From: Trichomonas gallinae
Taxonomy: Eukaryota
Direction: 5' to 3'
Length of the DNA: 54,828 bases
Assembly: GCA_008369845.1 (NCBI GenBank)
Contig: MRSU01002770.1
Location: 1-54,828 of the forward strand
Position numbers and translations under genes: made by a program. The notes beneath the pieces were generated by a model. That model had not been told where the DNA came from. It saw only the letters and a program-made list of their open reading frames with translations, and ran no database searches. This document shows, piece by piece, positions 33,945-46,079 of this stretch. The first letter of the stretch is position 1. Every line of letters begins with the position of its first letter.

Positions 33945-35102
33945 TTATTTATTTTTAGAGTTTTTCGCCGATTTTGGCCGGACACTTGATTCCTTATTAC
34001 TATTGTGTGTATTTTGTCTGTATTACTTCACCTCCCTTCACTAATTATTTCAAAAATTTTCGCGTTTTTTTGATATTTTTGGTGATAATTGGCCGGGTAA
34101 ATAACCAGTTAATGGACCTTCGTTGCTTTCATTGATTGGTTGATTGTTTGCTGGAAAATTTTTCCGAATACAAAAATTGTCAAACTTTTTATTAACATAC
34201 AAAAAATTAGCTTTTAAAGTGATTTTCTTGAAAATTAAATAATTGGCCAAACTAATTTATGGATAATTACGACAATCATATATAGTAGATCTTAAAAAAT
34301 TAATTTTCCAAAAACAGTTGGAAATTTTCTTTGACTAACAATAAGACATGATTTGTTCGATTGCAAAACAATGACACTTACATGGAATGGATCGTAAACC
34401 TTTAGTAGGCAAACATTTCGATTTTTTCAAATAAAAAACAAAGAGTTTACTCTAAGAAATCTTAAGAATTACTGTAAACATCCATTCAAATATGGTTGTA
34501 ATGCGTAAAATGTCGTGAGTTGAAGATTAACGCGACAGATCCGATAAAAATCTCAATCAAGCTTTTTACATACGAAATATTTATCAGAAGCTACTCCCAA
34601 ATATATTTTGAAAGTAGATGCTGATTTCATTTAAAAAAATTTTACGGAATCAATATATTTAGTAAATAGATAAAATCTGAGTAAACATCATGTATATCTT
34701 ACAGATGCTGAAAAAATTTCAGCAAGGAATCTCGTTATTTATGTAGACATATAAGTACTTCAATATTCAATATTCTTTTTCCAAAACTGATCATTTTAGT
34801 ATTGTTATTATTCATTACTACCTTATAAAACAAAGGGAATTTTTAATTGTTCGAATAAAGATCTATTACTCTAGGCGGTAATTCGGGTCAGAATAAAGAT
34901 AGTTCAAGTCTCTAAAACATCGATGATGATTATTACAAAAAAAGAACGAATGGTTGACACTTTTCGTGTAAAGGTGTCAACATTTTTTTTTCAAAACGGC
35001 AAAAAAAAAAAAAAAAACGACAAAAATATTTTTATTCCAAAATAAAGTACATCATGTGAATAAGATGAAAATCACAAAATTTAAGATTTTACAATATAAA
35101 AA

Positions 35103-36692
35103 ATGGATTCCGCCCTCCGGTGGTATTTGAGTCGTTGTGAGGGCGGATATCCACGAGACTATGCTACCGAATGCCTGCACTCATCATATGCGGTGCGTAT
35201 TTGGAGAAAAGATATTCCTATATTATTATTGATTCAAGCTGACACAGAAGAAGAGTATTGGCAAAAGATTAGAGATTTCATTTGTCAAGTGACTGGACTT
35301 GAGATTGCAGATCCATATGCAGAATTCAATAAATTCATTTCAGATTTATTTACAATTAAATTTAGATTACAAAAGCGTGCAATTAGAAACCACAGAATTC
35401 TACGACAGTATCTGTTGCAAGGTTTCAAACCATCACACATTGTTTTTAAGTTTCCATTTTTTCTCGGTAATAACAAGAATTTTGTCAAATTCATGCTCGC
35501 GTGTAAATACGATGACCATGACATTTGGAAGACATTTATAAACGATAAAGATGCAGCTTATCAAGCTTTTTCGTTCTTCACTGATATCTCGATCAAAGAA
35601 AAGAAGTGGAAACACATTATTAACAGAATCCGCTTCTTATTATCTATACTAGAGAGTGTGAAACTCGTTTGTGATTTGATTCAACCGAGAGCATTAAAAT
35701 TAATTACAATAATTTCAAACGCAACTGTTGTTGCACCGCCAAATTACCAACAAGAGCTGATTTACATGGTAACCAATGCCTTAAAAATCTATTGGCAATA
35801 TGCAACGAAAAATGAATTTCATAATGCATTGACAATTGCTTTCAATTCATCTATATTAACTCCATACTACTATGTATTATGCAAGTTTAACGAATTACAG
35901 CCTGCCGCGCTCTCGAAAAAGAAAATAGTAAAATTAATTTGCGATAGAGGCTTTAAATACTTAACTGACTTTGAGATAATTACTGATTACATACCACATC
36001 TCGACTCTGCAGCTCTTACTACTGCAGCTACCGCTTTATATAACCTTGGAACAGAAAATGAAGTTTTTTGTCGCGTTTCTTTCACCACATTCTTCACCAT
36101 TGGTGTGAGACTCGGCGAGAAACTTGATGTTAGGAACTACTTCATAGATTGCATACGCAAATTGTTCAGTTTCATTGGAACAATGACTCAATCAAATCAA
36201 ATTGACAAAATTGTTTTGATAATCATAGAAACAGTCTCGAAATACGTCAACACAAGTCCATATTGGATGCAGCAGTGCTTCATCTCATGCTTAACCTCAC
36301 TCAAGTCTTCAAAAATGGCTCCTGAATATTTAGACCGTTTGGTTAAAATCGACGTCAATGCATCAGCGAAAGCCTTGATTTCAAAGAGATCTACATTAAC
36401 AGAGAGATGCCAATCGACACCAAAGATACCGAAACTGAGCTTAACGGAAGTTACAACACCAAGGAAAAACGACTATCGACCGAATACTTCACGAGATAAG
36501 ATGAAAATGATGTCATCGCAAAAAATGTCGACAACTTCGTTTAACGGGTCATCATTCCTTGACAGAAGGAAGAAAGACGTCAACAAAATCCCAAAGCAGC
36601 TGACATCAAAGTCAATTGTCACCAGAAATTCGATCTCAAAAACAACAGAATTGGGTCCATCAATATTTGTAACTTCAATCAAGAAACTCTAA
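35103..36692 (+). CDS. Hypothetical protein (helical, basic Ser/Thr-rich C-terminus)
   Basis: 529-codon ATG-initiated ORF in AT-rich DNA; no family recognised. Confidence 0.8.
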   Translation: MDSALRWYLSRCEGGYPRDYATECLHSSYAVRIWRKDIPILLLIQADTEEEYWQKIRDFICQVTGLEIADPYAEFNKFISDLFTIKFRLQKRAIRNHRILRQYLLQGFKPSHIVFKFPFFLGNNKNFVKFMLACKYDDHDIWKTFINDKDAAYQAFSFFTDISIKEKKWKHIINRIRFLLSILESVKLVCDLIQPRALKLITIISNATVVAPPNYQQELIYMVTNALKIYWQYATKNEFHNALTIAFNSSILTPYYYVLCKFNELQPAALSKKKIVKLICDRGFKYLTDFEIITDYIPHLDSAALTTAATALYNLGTENEVFCRVSFTTFFTIGVRLGEKLDVRNYFIDCIRKLFSFIGTMTQSNQIDKIVLIIIETVSKYVNTSPYWMQQCFISCLTSLKSSKMAPEYLDRLVKIDVNASAKALISKRSTLTERCQSTPKIPKLSLTEVTTPRKNDYRPNTSRDKMKMMSSQKMSTTSFNGSSFLDRRKKDVNKIPKQLTSKSIVTRNSISKTTELGPSIFVTSIKKL

Positions 36693-37038
36693 TCTGCCAC
36701 GTAAACAGATTTATTTGACATTCTTGGTAAATTTACCAAAATGTCAAAAATATAATCATCAACCAAAATCTTGCATTCTATACTGACACAAGAGCTCTTT
36801 CATTATACATGAAAACAATCAGCACTTTTCAAATTTTATTTTAATTTTATAATTTATGTTCAATCAACCTTCAATCCTTTTACAATTGGATGTATCAACT
36901 GATATGATGTACTTTTAGTGCTATTTTTATTGATATAGATATTTTTATTATTTTTTTGTTTTTTATTAAACCTGTACTATTCTTTATTAAATTATTTTTA
37001 CCGAAATAAATCAAATTTGTAAAGAAAAAGTATTATAA

Positions 37039-38589
37039 ATGAATCAGCCTCATGCAGGAATTATCTATAACCAAGTGAAGGCTGGTTTGGTGTCAGCTGC
37101 TGATGATATTGCGGCTAAAGTTGCTGATGCATCAAAAGATACGCGTTATTTTCAGCTGCAAAAGGAAAGATCAAAAAATTGTGACGCACAAATTTCGAAA
37201 ATGCAAGAAAAAATCCGATCTATGAGTGCTGCTGAGCTAGATTTCGCAACATATCAGGTAGACAATTTCATAAAAGGCTTAGAATCGAAAAGATCTTTTT
37301 CAACAATTTATATGCATTGCGATTTGGACTCATTTTTTGCATCAGTTGAAGCACTACTTGATCCTTCTCTGAAAGGTACTGCATTTGCTGTCGGAGGATC
37401 TATTAAACATGGAATAATTTCGACTTCTTCTTACGAAGCAAGAAAATACGGTGTGAGATCAGGAATGGCCGTATTTGTGGCTATGAGACTCTGCCCTCAC
37501 CTTAACGTCGTCAGACATCATGGAGATAAATATATGGAATATTCACATGAAGTTCAAGAGATTTTCAAAAAATATGACCCAAACTTTGTAAGTTTTGGAT
37601 GTGATGAAGCTACACTCGACATTACACATTTAATTAATGAACAAACTAAACCAGATCAAATTGCTAAACAAGTTCAACAAGAAGTGTTCGAAAAAACAAA
37701 GCTAACAATCTCTTGTGGCGTTGCACATACTCCACAACTATCAAAAATAGCTTCAGACATAAACAAGCCAAATGGTTATTTTATTGTTCCTAATAATGAA
37801 GAGCAACTCAAACAATTTCTGAGCTCATTGCCTGTAAGAAAGATACCAGGAATTGGTGGTGTCAATGAGCAACTATTAAATGGTATTGGAATTGAAACGA
37901 TTGGACAAATCATTGAGAAAAGAGCAGAAATTTGGGCATCAATGACCCACAAGTTCTGCACATTTGTGTTTTCTGCAGCTGTTGGCGTCCAAATTCGTGA
38001 TTACGAAGCAGGCCCACAACAATCCATTTCCAAAGACAGAACATTCGATGCAACAGACGCAAAACACGAACTGATGGATATGGTAGAGTTGTTAGCATCA
38101 AAAGTCGCCAAGAAAATGCAAAAGATGAACATCGCATGCAGAAATATTAGCGTGAAATTCAAGGATATCAACTTTAAAGTAACACAAAAGTCATACACAT
38201 TCGATTATGACACTTCATCAACATCAGAAATAGTAAATGTAGCTTTGAAATTATTATTAGAAGAGAGGAACGAAAGATCGATAAAACTGAGACTTGTTGG
38301 TGTTAGAGCATCGAATTTAACAGCCCCAGGTGAGAAAAGACAAGTTTCCATCAAAAACTTCCTGAAAGACAAAGACGAAGAAGCAGAAGAACCAAAGGAA
38401 AAACCAGAGAAGAAACAAAAGAAAGAAAAGAAGGATCTAAAATACTTCTTCGAGAACATGCCACAAAATCCAGATCCACCGAAGAAGCAGATAAAAATGT
38501 CAATTCACACATCGAAGCCAAAACGTATTAAAAAAGACTCATCACCAAAATCTAAACCACATAAAGTTATGATCATGTGGAACCAATAA
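37039..38589 (+). CDS. POLK: Y-family DNA polymerase kappa (DinB/ImpB-MucB-SamB)
   Basis: MHCDLDSFFASVE, STSSYEARKYGVRSGM, GCDEATLD, SKIASDINKPNG, LPVRKIPGIG, LRLVGV; N-clasp-like N-terminus; PIP-like QVSIKNFL. Confidence 0.93.
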   Translation: MNQPHAGIIYNQVKAGLVSAADDIAAKVADASKDTRYFQLQKERSKNCDAQISKMQEKIRSMSAAELDFATYQVDNFIKGLESKRSFSTIYMHCDLDSFFASVEALLDPSLKGTAFAVGGSIKHGIISTSSYEARKYGVRSGMAVFVAMRLCPHLNVVRHHGDKYMEYSHEVQEIFKKYDPNFVSFGCDEATLDITHLINEQTKPDQIAKQVQQEVFEKTKLTISCGVAHTPQLSKIASDINKPNGYFIVPNNEEQLKQFLSSLPVRKIPGIGGVNEQLLNGIGIETIGQIIEKRAEIWASMTHKFCTFVFSAAVGVQIRDYEAGPQQSISKDRTFDATDAKHELMDMVELLASKVAKKMQKMNIACRNISVKFKDINFKVTQKSYTFDYDTSSTSEIVNVALKLLLEERNERSIKLRLVGVRASNLTAPGEKRQVSIKNFLKDKDEEAEEPKEKPEKKQKKEKKDLKYFFENMPQNPDPPKKQIKMSIHTSKPKRIKKDSSPKSKPHKVMIMWNQ

Positions 38590-38637
38590 TATTATTTGTT
38601 TGTTTGTATATAAATATATTATATTTCAAAAAAATTC

Positions 38638-38746
38638 TTGAAGCATTAACTTAAGCTTTATTTCTATTTGCATGAAGCAATGCCTACTATTGATAGTTTT
38701 TTGAAGAATTAACTAAAGCTTTATTTATATTGGCCTGAAACAATGC
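38638..38746. repeat. Tandem duplication, 63-bp period
   Basis: TTGAAGCATTAACTTAAGCTTTATTT... at 38638 and TTGAAGAATTAACTAAAGCTTTATTT... at 38701, 40/46 identical; related 19-mer at 47602-47620. Confidence 0.75.
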
Positions 38747-38913
38747 ATATATATTATAGCATCAACAAAGGCTTATTGCTAATCCTATGTGAGGCAGTCT
38801 TAATATTTTGACTTCATTTTCATGTATTTACACTTTACAATGTCAAAAAATATTGTAACCGTCAAAAGTCAATAATTTAAGGTTAAGATACCACTTCTTA
38901 GGAAGTCAATTTA

Positions 38914-39921
38914 TTGGCAAGAAGTCTCAAACATGAAGATACAGCCCCTGTTAGTGCCTGGGAGTATTACTATGACATTATATACATCGGAAATGACTAC
39001 AATTCAATCAAAAACGCGACAATTGAAACAAAAAATTTACAAGTTTTTGTTTATTCATGCATATTCTATGATTTGTCATATGGATGCATGAATTTTAGTT
39101 TAAGTTCACTCAAAATCCTCCATTCTCAATGTTTTTTTGAAAATTGCCATTATACCAAAGGTGGAGGAGTTATTTTCTTAAATAGTGCCAGTGAAGTTGT
39201 ACAGCATCAATTCTGCGCTGTAAATATAAATGCACAGCCAATTGGCTTACATTCATCCATTTATTCAAGCGGAAGATTGCAAAACATAATAGCCGAAAGC
39301 TCAGCTACAAACTGTATAAATGAAAACACTCAAATACTGTTTAATTTATACAAGGGGAAGAATGAATTATTATCAACGAATATGACGAGAATTACAGCTT
39401 GGAGAGATGTTTATGTTAGTTTTAATAGCGATATCAACAACATTTTAATAAGTTTTTCTACTTTTAAAGATAATTATGCAACAGATTTCACTTGCCTCAT
39501 TGAATGGTCATGATATTGCAGAAACTATATGTGCAACATTATTGGAAATAGTCAATATAGCACAACTTTGGGTTGTATATTTGTAAATGGACATCTTACC
39601 CTTGAAAATTGTACAATTTTAGGTCCATATGGGAATGGCTCAGTTTTTACAGCGAATTTTGGCAGTGGCATGAGTACGTATATTACAAATTGTAACATTG
39701 ACCTATTATCTACGTTTCAAATCACTCCAGGATTTAATAATGTTAAATATACAAGCAGCTTGAATTTACTTTCACATTTATCAACATATCAATGCAATGC
39801 TATCATTCCACTTAAAAGTACTTTCAAAGGACCAAAAAAATTGGAATCAGAAAACTATTCGAATAGTTTTAGTCTTATAGTAAGCTTATGTGATTGTATA
39901 TACCAAGAATCAGACATGTAG
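38914..39921 (+). pseudogene. Cys/Asn-rich beta-helix-like family gene interrupted by one in-frame TGA
   Basis: ORFs 38914-39513 and 39529-39921 are in the same frame: TGG TCA TGA TAT TGC AGA AAC TAT ATG; GGVIF motif and LSTYQC tail resemble the 16211 ORF; no ATG at the expected start. Confidence 0.75.
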
Positions 39922-40808
39922 CATACTAATATCAATTTTTCTCGATATTTTTAAATTTCAATTTTATTAACAAATTTTCGGATGTAAAATCGCAATTCTA
40001 TGAGAAAAAACATGAATACTACGATATATTAAAGTTTAAAAGTTGTATTATGATATAACAAAAATGTATTAAAGTTATTTAAAATATTATGATAAGAACC
40101 TAATAATATGATATTTTTGGCTTCTCAAGATTCTTATCATAATCCAATTTCATCAATTTGTTTGTTGCATTCACGTTAAAAGTTTACTTTTGACCAAATA
40201 AAAAACCATACGATATAATAAATTGTTGTAACCGATTTGAAATTAGTATTACAATCCAAATTGTAGATTTCGGCTATTAAATGCTTAATAAAAGCTGGCG
40301 AATGTTAAAATTGCAATACATAATGCTGAACTGTAATATAGAATCTTTGATGTTAAACTCTGATTTTTCATGAGATTTGCCAACAATATTCTGTGAAGTT
40401 TTCGTTCAATTCTGTGAATGTTTTGTTCTTTTCATTTAGTTGATCGTTGAGTTCTAACAAGTAATGATCTCTATTAAAAATTTGTGTGCCAAATCTATTG
40501 TTTTCCTGTTATACATAATTAGTCAATTCATATATTGTTGACTGTGTCATTGAAATGCTTCTATTTGCGATAGATTTGATCTCAGGACTGATGTTCATCT
40601 TGTCAAAAGATCCTTGGTAAAATGTAGTAAACAAGAAATATGAAAAATAATGTATCCTTCTAGGCTGATATTCTCGATGACTTTTACAATGTTGACAAGA
40701 ACAAGATTGATCAGATTCTTGCATGTTGTATATATTACATAAGCATGATTTATTAAACAAAAAAACTCGTATTAATTTGATAACATTGTGTATTGGTGTC
40801 AGCCCTAA

Positions 40809-43601
40809 TTAATTCAATATAACAAATGATGTTTTTGAGACAAAAATTCCAGAATATGTTTTGAGTGTGTGGTTGAAAGTTGTGAGATCGTTGTTGTCCC
40901 TTACGTATAACCATGCTGTTTCTTTCTCATAATCATATGCAACAACAAAACATGCTGTTCCAGGCTTGAGAACTGTCCTGTTATCAACAATGACAGCTGT
41001 ATCACCAACTCGCGGATTTCTATTCATGTCATAGCCATGATATATCTTGAATCTAGATCGATACTTAATTTCGGTAATCGATTCAAACCAGTTCAGTTCT
41101 GATTTTGTCATTGACACAGTAGACTCGCTAGCATAAGGAGGAATATCCCTCATAATAGTTTCAAATAAATCTTGAATTTTTTCAATGAAAGATTCTTCTT
41201 CAGATTCACTCAGTGCATCCTTTGATTCATCTAAAATTAAATCCGGAACAAATTTAAGATATTCTTGAATATATGGAGAAATATTTGCTGCGTCAACAAA
41301 ATATTTGCCGTTTTCTTTCTTCATGTAAAATGGAACAATCTTATTGTAATCATAGAAATGCAATGAAACATTTTGCCTATCATATTTTGCATATCGAAGA
41401 ATCTTGTTCAATATGAATTTTCGAGGTTTGTCAACTTTAATATCTCTAACAAGATACAACAAAGATTCTACTGGAGTCCACCTTGGTCTAGGAATTGTTG
41501 TAATGACATTTGCTGTAAATGCTGTAGTCCAATATTTTCTTTGCTGAACGCAATCCAAGCATAATCTCCATATACTGATGAAAGGCTTTCGACATGGAAG
41601 ATTCGTATTCACATCCAATGGCTGTAACTCAACTAATATGTCATCTTCATGTATAATTATATGAATATCAGATTCCTTTGGTTTTTGTTTAGCCTTTTCT
41701 TCCAAAGATTCATTCGTTTTCGATTGGTCAAAATTTTTATTGAAATCAATTCGGATTTGTTGGTTTTGATAAGGAACGGCTTTATCTATTACAATTTGTT
41801 TTGTCTCATCTTGAGGATCAACAGATTTATTTGTTACAATTTTATCGACGTCGATTTTGTGAATGTCATTTTTGTCGATGGTTCTATTGACCTTGCAAAT
41901 TGTTTTATATGGCCATTGTCCAATAACACGCAGTCCGATGAATTTACTTGGATCATCTGATCTTTTCTCTGATAAAACATCGATATCAATAACTGTTTGA
42001 ACAAAATGATAATCTTTGACAGTTTTCATCTTTAAAGAAACATTAAATGGCTTGAACGTTGGAATATCCTCGCGAGAGCGGTCAGTAGTTATTTGCTTAA
42101 AGGGCTTTTTGTTAGTTATCATGATTTCTTTGTTTGTTTTCATATCTATTATTGATTGGTTATGAATCAAAAAGCCAAATTCTGGCATTTGTTCGATTCT
42201 TGGGATAAACGGTTCTAATAACCTCTTGACGATGTTCAAATCAGGAATTGTGAACTTATATCTTCCATTATTCTCATCAAGTTCAACCTCATTTAGTGGT
42301 TTGAGAAGTGACCTGAAATATTCATTTGTTTCACGAAATTCTCTGACGAAATCTGGAAGAACAGTTTCCATCTTTGGGAATTGTACGACCCAACCATAGA
42401 GAAGAGTTATTGGCTCGTCTTCAACGAAAATTGATTTGTATGTGTCGAAGTATTCTAAAGTGAGACAAAGGGGCGGAGCGAAATGATATTGATAGATCCA
42501 TGACCATGATGGTTCGCCTATTGAATAGCTTTTGTATAAATATGTAATTGCATCCAAAACGTTGTGACAAACTTTCTCTGTTTCTTCTTCTGATAGCTTT
42601 CGATTAGAAAAGAACTTTTCTTTCTGGCTTTTGACGTATTGTTCGTATGTTTGCGATTTTTTCTCTGCAATGGATTTCAAAACTTTTTGAATAAAAATTC
42701 TCATATTGTGGTAATTAATTTGATCATAATTTGAAATAAAACAGCATGAAGGCTCGGATTTGTAGCCATCAATAAGCGATTCTAAGTCTATATTCTCGAT
42801 ATCATCAAAGGGAGGACAGTAATCAGATCCTAAGATGTTAACAATCGTCGCAAAGTCGTCGTAGATTCTTTCATCGCTTGAATTCATGTCAAGTGAGATA
42901 TATTCGCGAAGGAGTGGAATACTGATGGCACTGAGGGTTTCTGGTGTTATAGGAATAATTGGTGTCTTTAATCCTCGCTTCTCATCAAAGCCATGGTTAG
43001 AATAAAGAACATCAATGTAAGGAATGTGAGATCTTAAGCTCATAAGTATTAAATCACTATCAGGAGTATATATACAATGCCTTAAGTTAGGATCATAGTT
43101 TGGTTCTTGCATTATTTGACGAATATAACCAAAGATTTTCATTTCTGCCTCTCCTGGCATCGTATAAGGCGCAATTAGTACACGAGGTTTCTTCCAAACA
43201 TTATCAGTTTTGATTTTTTGTGAAATAAACTCTCTTATTGGTTGGTCAAATAATTTATCTGTTGAATCGTGCTTAAGAGTACTTCCAGTTTGTGCCCATG
43301 TGTAGTATCTATTACGGACAGCATACTCTTTTGCATAAGGACCAGTTCCTTCGAAAGATATAAATATAAGATCTGTTGGCTGAATCAAATGGACTAAAGA
43401 ATCAAGCATAAAACATGCTATTTTCAACTGCTCTTCAACTAATTCATTAACTTCGGAATATACAGCAAGTAATGCAGTAATTAAAATAGTCGGAAGATCA
43501 ACATACAGGCAGTTGTACTGCGGATATGGTATATCAGCAAGTGTTTTACATATAAGAGGATATCTTTTTCTAAGTCTAGGAAGAAATCCTTTTATACCCA
43601 T
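40809..43601 (-). CDS. Divergent XRN1-like 5'-3' exoribonuclease
   Basis: MGIKGF...RYP, LYVD, FEGTGPYAK...RNR, PGEAEMKI, HCIYTPDSDLILMSL, GSDY, SWSWIYQYHFAP; C-terminal GQWPY and VGD..V motifs resemble Xrn1 accessory domains. Confidence 0.88.
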   Translation of the reverse strand: MGIKGFLPRLRKRYPLICKTLADIPYPQYNCLYVDLPTILITALLAVYSEVNELVEEQLKIACFMLDSLVHLIQPTDLIFISFEGTGPYAKEYAVRNRYYTWAQTGSTLKHDSTDKLFDQPIREFISQKIKTDNVWKKPRVLIAPYTMPGEAEMKIFGYIRQIMQEPNYDPNLRHCIYTPDSDLILMSLRSHIPYIDVLYSNHGFDEKRGLKTPIIPITPETLSAISIPLLREYISLDMNSSDERIYDDFATIVNILGSDYCPPFDDIENIDLESLIDGYKSEPSCCFISNYDQINYHNMRIFIQKVLKSIAEKKSQTYEQYVKSQKEKFFSNRKLSEEETEKVCHNVLDAITYLYKSYSIGEPSWSWIYQYHFAPPLCLTLEYFDTYKSIFVEDEPITLLYGWVVQFPKMETVLPDFVREFRETNEYFRSLLKPLNEVELDENNGRYKFTIPDLNIVKRLLEPFIPRIEQMPEFGFLIHNQSIIDMKTNKEIMITNKKPFKQITTDRSREDIPTFKPFNVSLKMKTVKDYHFVQTVIDIDVLSEKRSDDPSKFIGLRVIGQWPYKTICKVNRTIDKNDIHKIDVDKIVTNKSVDPQDETKQIVIDKAVPYQNQQIRIDFNKNFDQSKTNESLEEKAKQKPKESDIHIIIHEDDILVELQPLDVNTNLPCRKPFISIWRLCLDCVQQRKYWTTAFTANVITTIPRPRWTPVESLLYLVRDIKVDKPRKFILNKILRYAKYDRQNVSLHFYDYNKIVPFYMKKENGKYFVDAANISPYIQEYLKFVPDLILDESKDALSESEEESFIEKIQDLFETIMRDIPPYASESTVSMTKSELNWFESITEIKYRSRFKIYHGYDMNRNPRVGDTAVIVDNRTVLKPGTACFVVAYDYEKETAWLYVRDNNDLTTFNHTLKTYSGIFVSKTSFVILN

Positions 43602-44532
43602 TTGAATTAATTAGTAGTCAAGAATTAAAATATGCCTTTGTAAAGTATCTTATGTCAAACGTCAGAATTATAAAAAGTGACATGAAGTGTTTTTGACACT
43701 TTACAATGTCAGAAAATAAAAAAAATCTTGATGATCATCAATTGAAGCAAAAATCAAAACATTATTAACATCGAATTAATGAATTTCGAGCGTAAATCTG
43801 AATGTTTAGATTATGAATAAAAGGAATTCTGTATAGACATCATGAGTTTTCAAGACTTCTATTAATAATTAATTTGCATTATGAGCTTTTAGCATTTTTC
43901 CGATTTGATGATAACCAAATATTGAATCCCAAATCAGGGGTAAATCATATGAGCTAAATGACAGCTGAATAATTCTTTAATCTCTTCATATGTGTAAGAT
44001 GGTAAATAAAAACATATTTCAGTTAAAAATTCCGATGATAACATTGTTTATGCAGAGTGAATAACTAATATAGTGTAATCATTGGAGAAATTAAAAATAT
44101 TTAATGTGAGAGGATTTAATGTGGCATGTTAAAACTGGCTTCATGCATATTAACCAATATTTAATGCAAATAGATATTGAAACGATATGATTTTTTCGCA
44201 ATAAAATAATTGGTGAATCACGTTTGGAGCAAAGGAACAAATTCGTCCTCACGGAAAAAGAAATGAGTCTAAGGTATGTGCATCTGCATTATTCGGTGAT
44301 AAAAATAATGAGATATCAAATATTAAATTAAAAGAGCAATATTTTGAGGTAAAGCCATATATGAAGAGTTCCATTAAGTAGAGAAGCACAAATTGCGATT
44401 CAAAAAACTATTGAAATTAGATTAATGATATTAGTCGTATATTGAAGAAAGTAAGAGTAAGATAGCTTTAAATTTAAACACACAAGAAGAATACAAGTAA
44501 AATACAAACATTGACTTATAAATAAAAGAAAT

Positions 44533-44991
44533 TCAAAACTGGATAAGGTCATCAACTGCAACTGGAGACGGTTCACATACAAAAGGAATAACATCGATGC
44601 TAAACCTAGAAATCGGCGATGTAGGAAGAGGAACTGACATGAATTGCAAATTGCCATGACTTCTAGTAATGGACTTGTAATCGCTAAGGTTGGAGGAAAA
44701 TTCAGATGCTTCGGATGAGCGCCTGACACGTGATATTCTAAATTTACTGCAGGAAGAATCTGCCAATTTAGAATGAGAATGATTCGATTCCAGAGGCTCT
44801 TGGTATGAGAGTGGGTCATGATGATCATCATATCTGCGAAATGGGCATATATCAACTTCAAAAGACCGCTTCCTGCTTGGTCGCTCTATCGGTTCGAAAT
44901 CAGAATAAATAGGTGCGCTCGAAGCAGGTGCGGCGTTGTAGTAGAGTTGGTCAAAATTATTGCTGCTGTTAGAACACTTTGTCATCCACAT
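44533..44991 (-). CDS. Hypothetical 152-aa protein
   Basis: ATG-initiated ORF with raised GC relative to its flanks; Ser/Pro/Arg-rich; no family recognised. Confidence 0.65.
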   Translation of the reverse strand: MWMTKCSNSSNNFDQLYYNAAPASSAPIYSDFEPIERPSRKRSFEVDICPFRRYDDHHDPLSYQEPLESNHSHSKLADSSCSKFRISRVRRSSEASEFSSNLSDYKSITRSHGNLQFMSVPLPTSPISRFSIDVIPFVCEPSPVAVDDLIQF

Positions 44992-46079
44992 TTTTATAGG
45001 CTGATTGGAAAAAATACTTTAAAGGGAAAAATAACTGTCACATTTTCTTTGAATTTTTTGATTATGCGAAGTTAAAATTGATAATTATAAATAAAACATT
45101 TTAGTGGTTAATATTTTTTGATTTTGCATTATCTCACAAAAATTAAATACGAATGTACTCACTATGAGTATTAAAATGGACTATACTGATTTTCATTGCA
45201 TTCAATTTTTGATAAGAAATAGTTTGAAACAGTACTGAAAAAATAAAAAGTTGATAATGATATAATAACATGTATATATAAATATTTGATATATTTATTT
45301 ATAACGAATTCAATTTTTTCTGCCATAAAATGATTATTCATTGATGTATAATATATTATTTTCTAATGAAATTTTTTGCTACTGAAATTGATAACTTTAC
45401 AATTATATTTTTAAAATAACTCTAATAGAACATTTAATACAAGAATATCGATTCGAGAATTCTCAAATTTCAATGTAAACAGAATTTCTTTTGTTATTTT
45501 GCCAAACCATTGCTGAAGCTTTTAAAACCAATGGGCTACTAATTTCCAACCCCTTGTCATCTGTCATTGATCGTTTGTACGAATATTAAATATTAAACAA
45601 AGATTACGTTCGCTGCTTCGTGACATATATTAGGTTTTTGAATGGATTCATATTATATTAGTCCTATCTATGATTTTTCACCATTTAACATACTATATTA
45701 CGACAGATTTTACATCAATTTTGAAAAAATTTCATAGTTTTTTCGATCTACTTGAGAATTTAGAATTAATAGCTAAAATTATATATATTTTGCGATTTAT
45801 CCATTCAATAATCACGTGTTGGATGGAAAATTTCAATTTTTTTATAAATTATTCTCATTTTTACTTTCAAATTTTCTAAGAGTAAATTATTTCTGCAGAT
45901 TTATCATTTAACGCAGTTATAGATCAATAATCAATGAAAATCGGAAAAATTTTGAGAAAATTTCACGAAATTTATACGAAATCTTGGATTTTTTTGATGA
46001 ATTCATAAAATATTATTCATAAGCTGTCCAAATTTCTGTAAATTATGAATTCCTTTTCCGTTTTCTTATTCCCCGAATT

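Noticed and set aside
40300..40780. 83-aa ORF 40509-40760 and neighbouring fragments
   Set aside because: TTG start, broken frames and no recognisable family; at most a degraded remnant.
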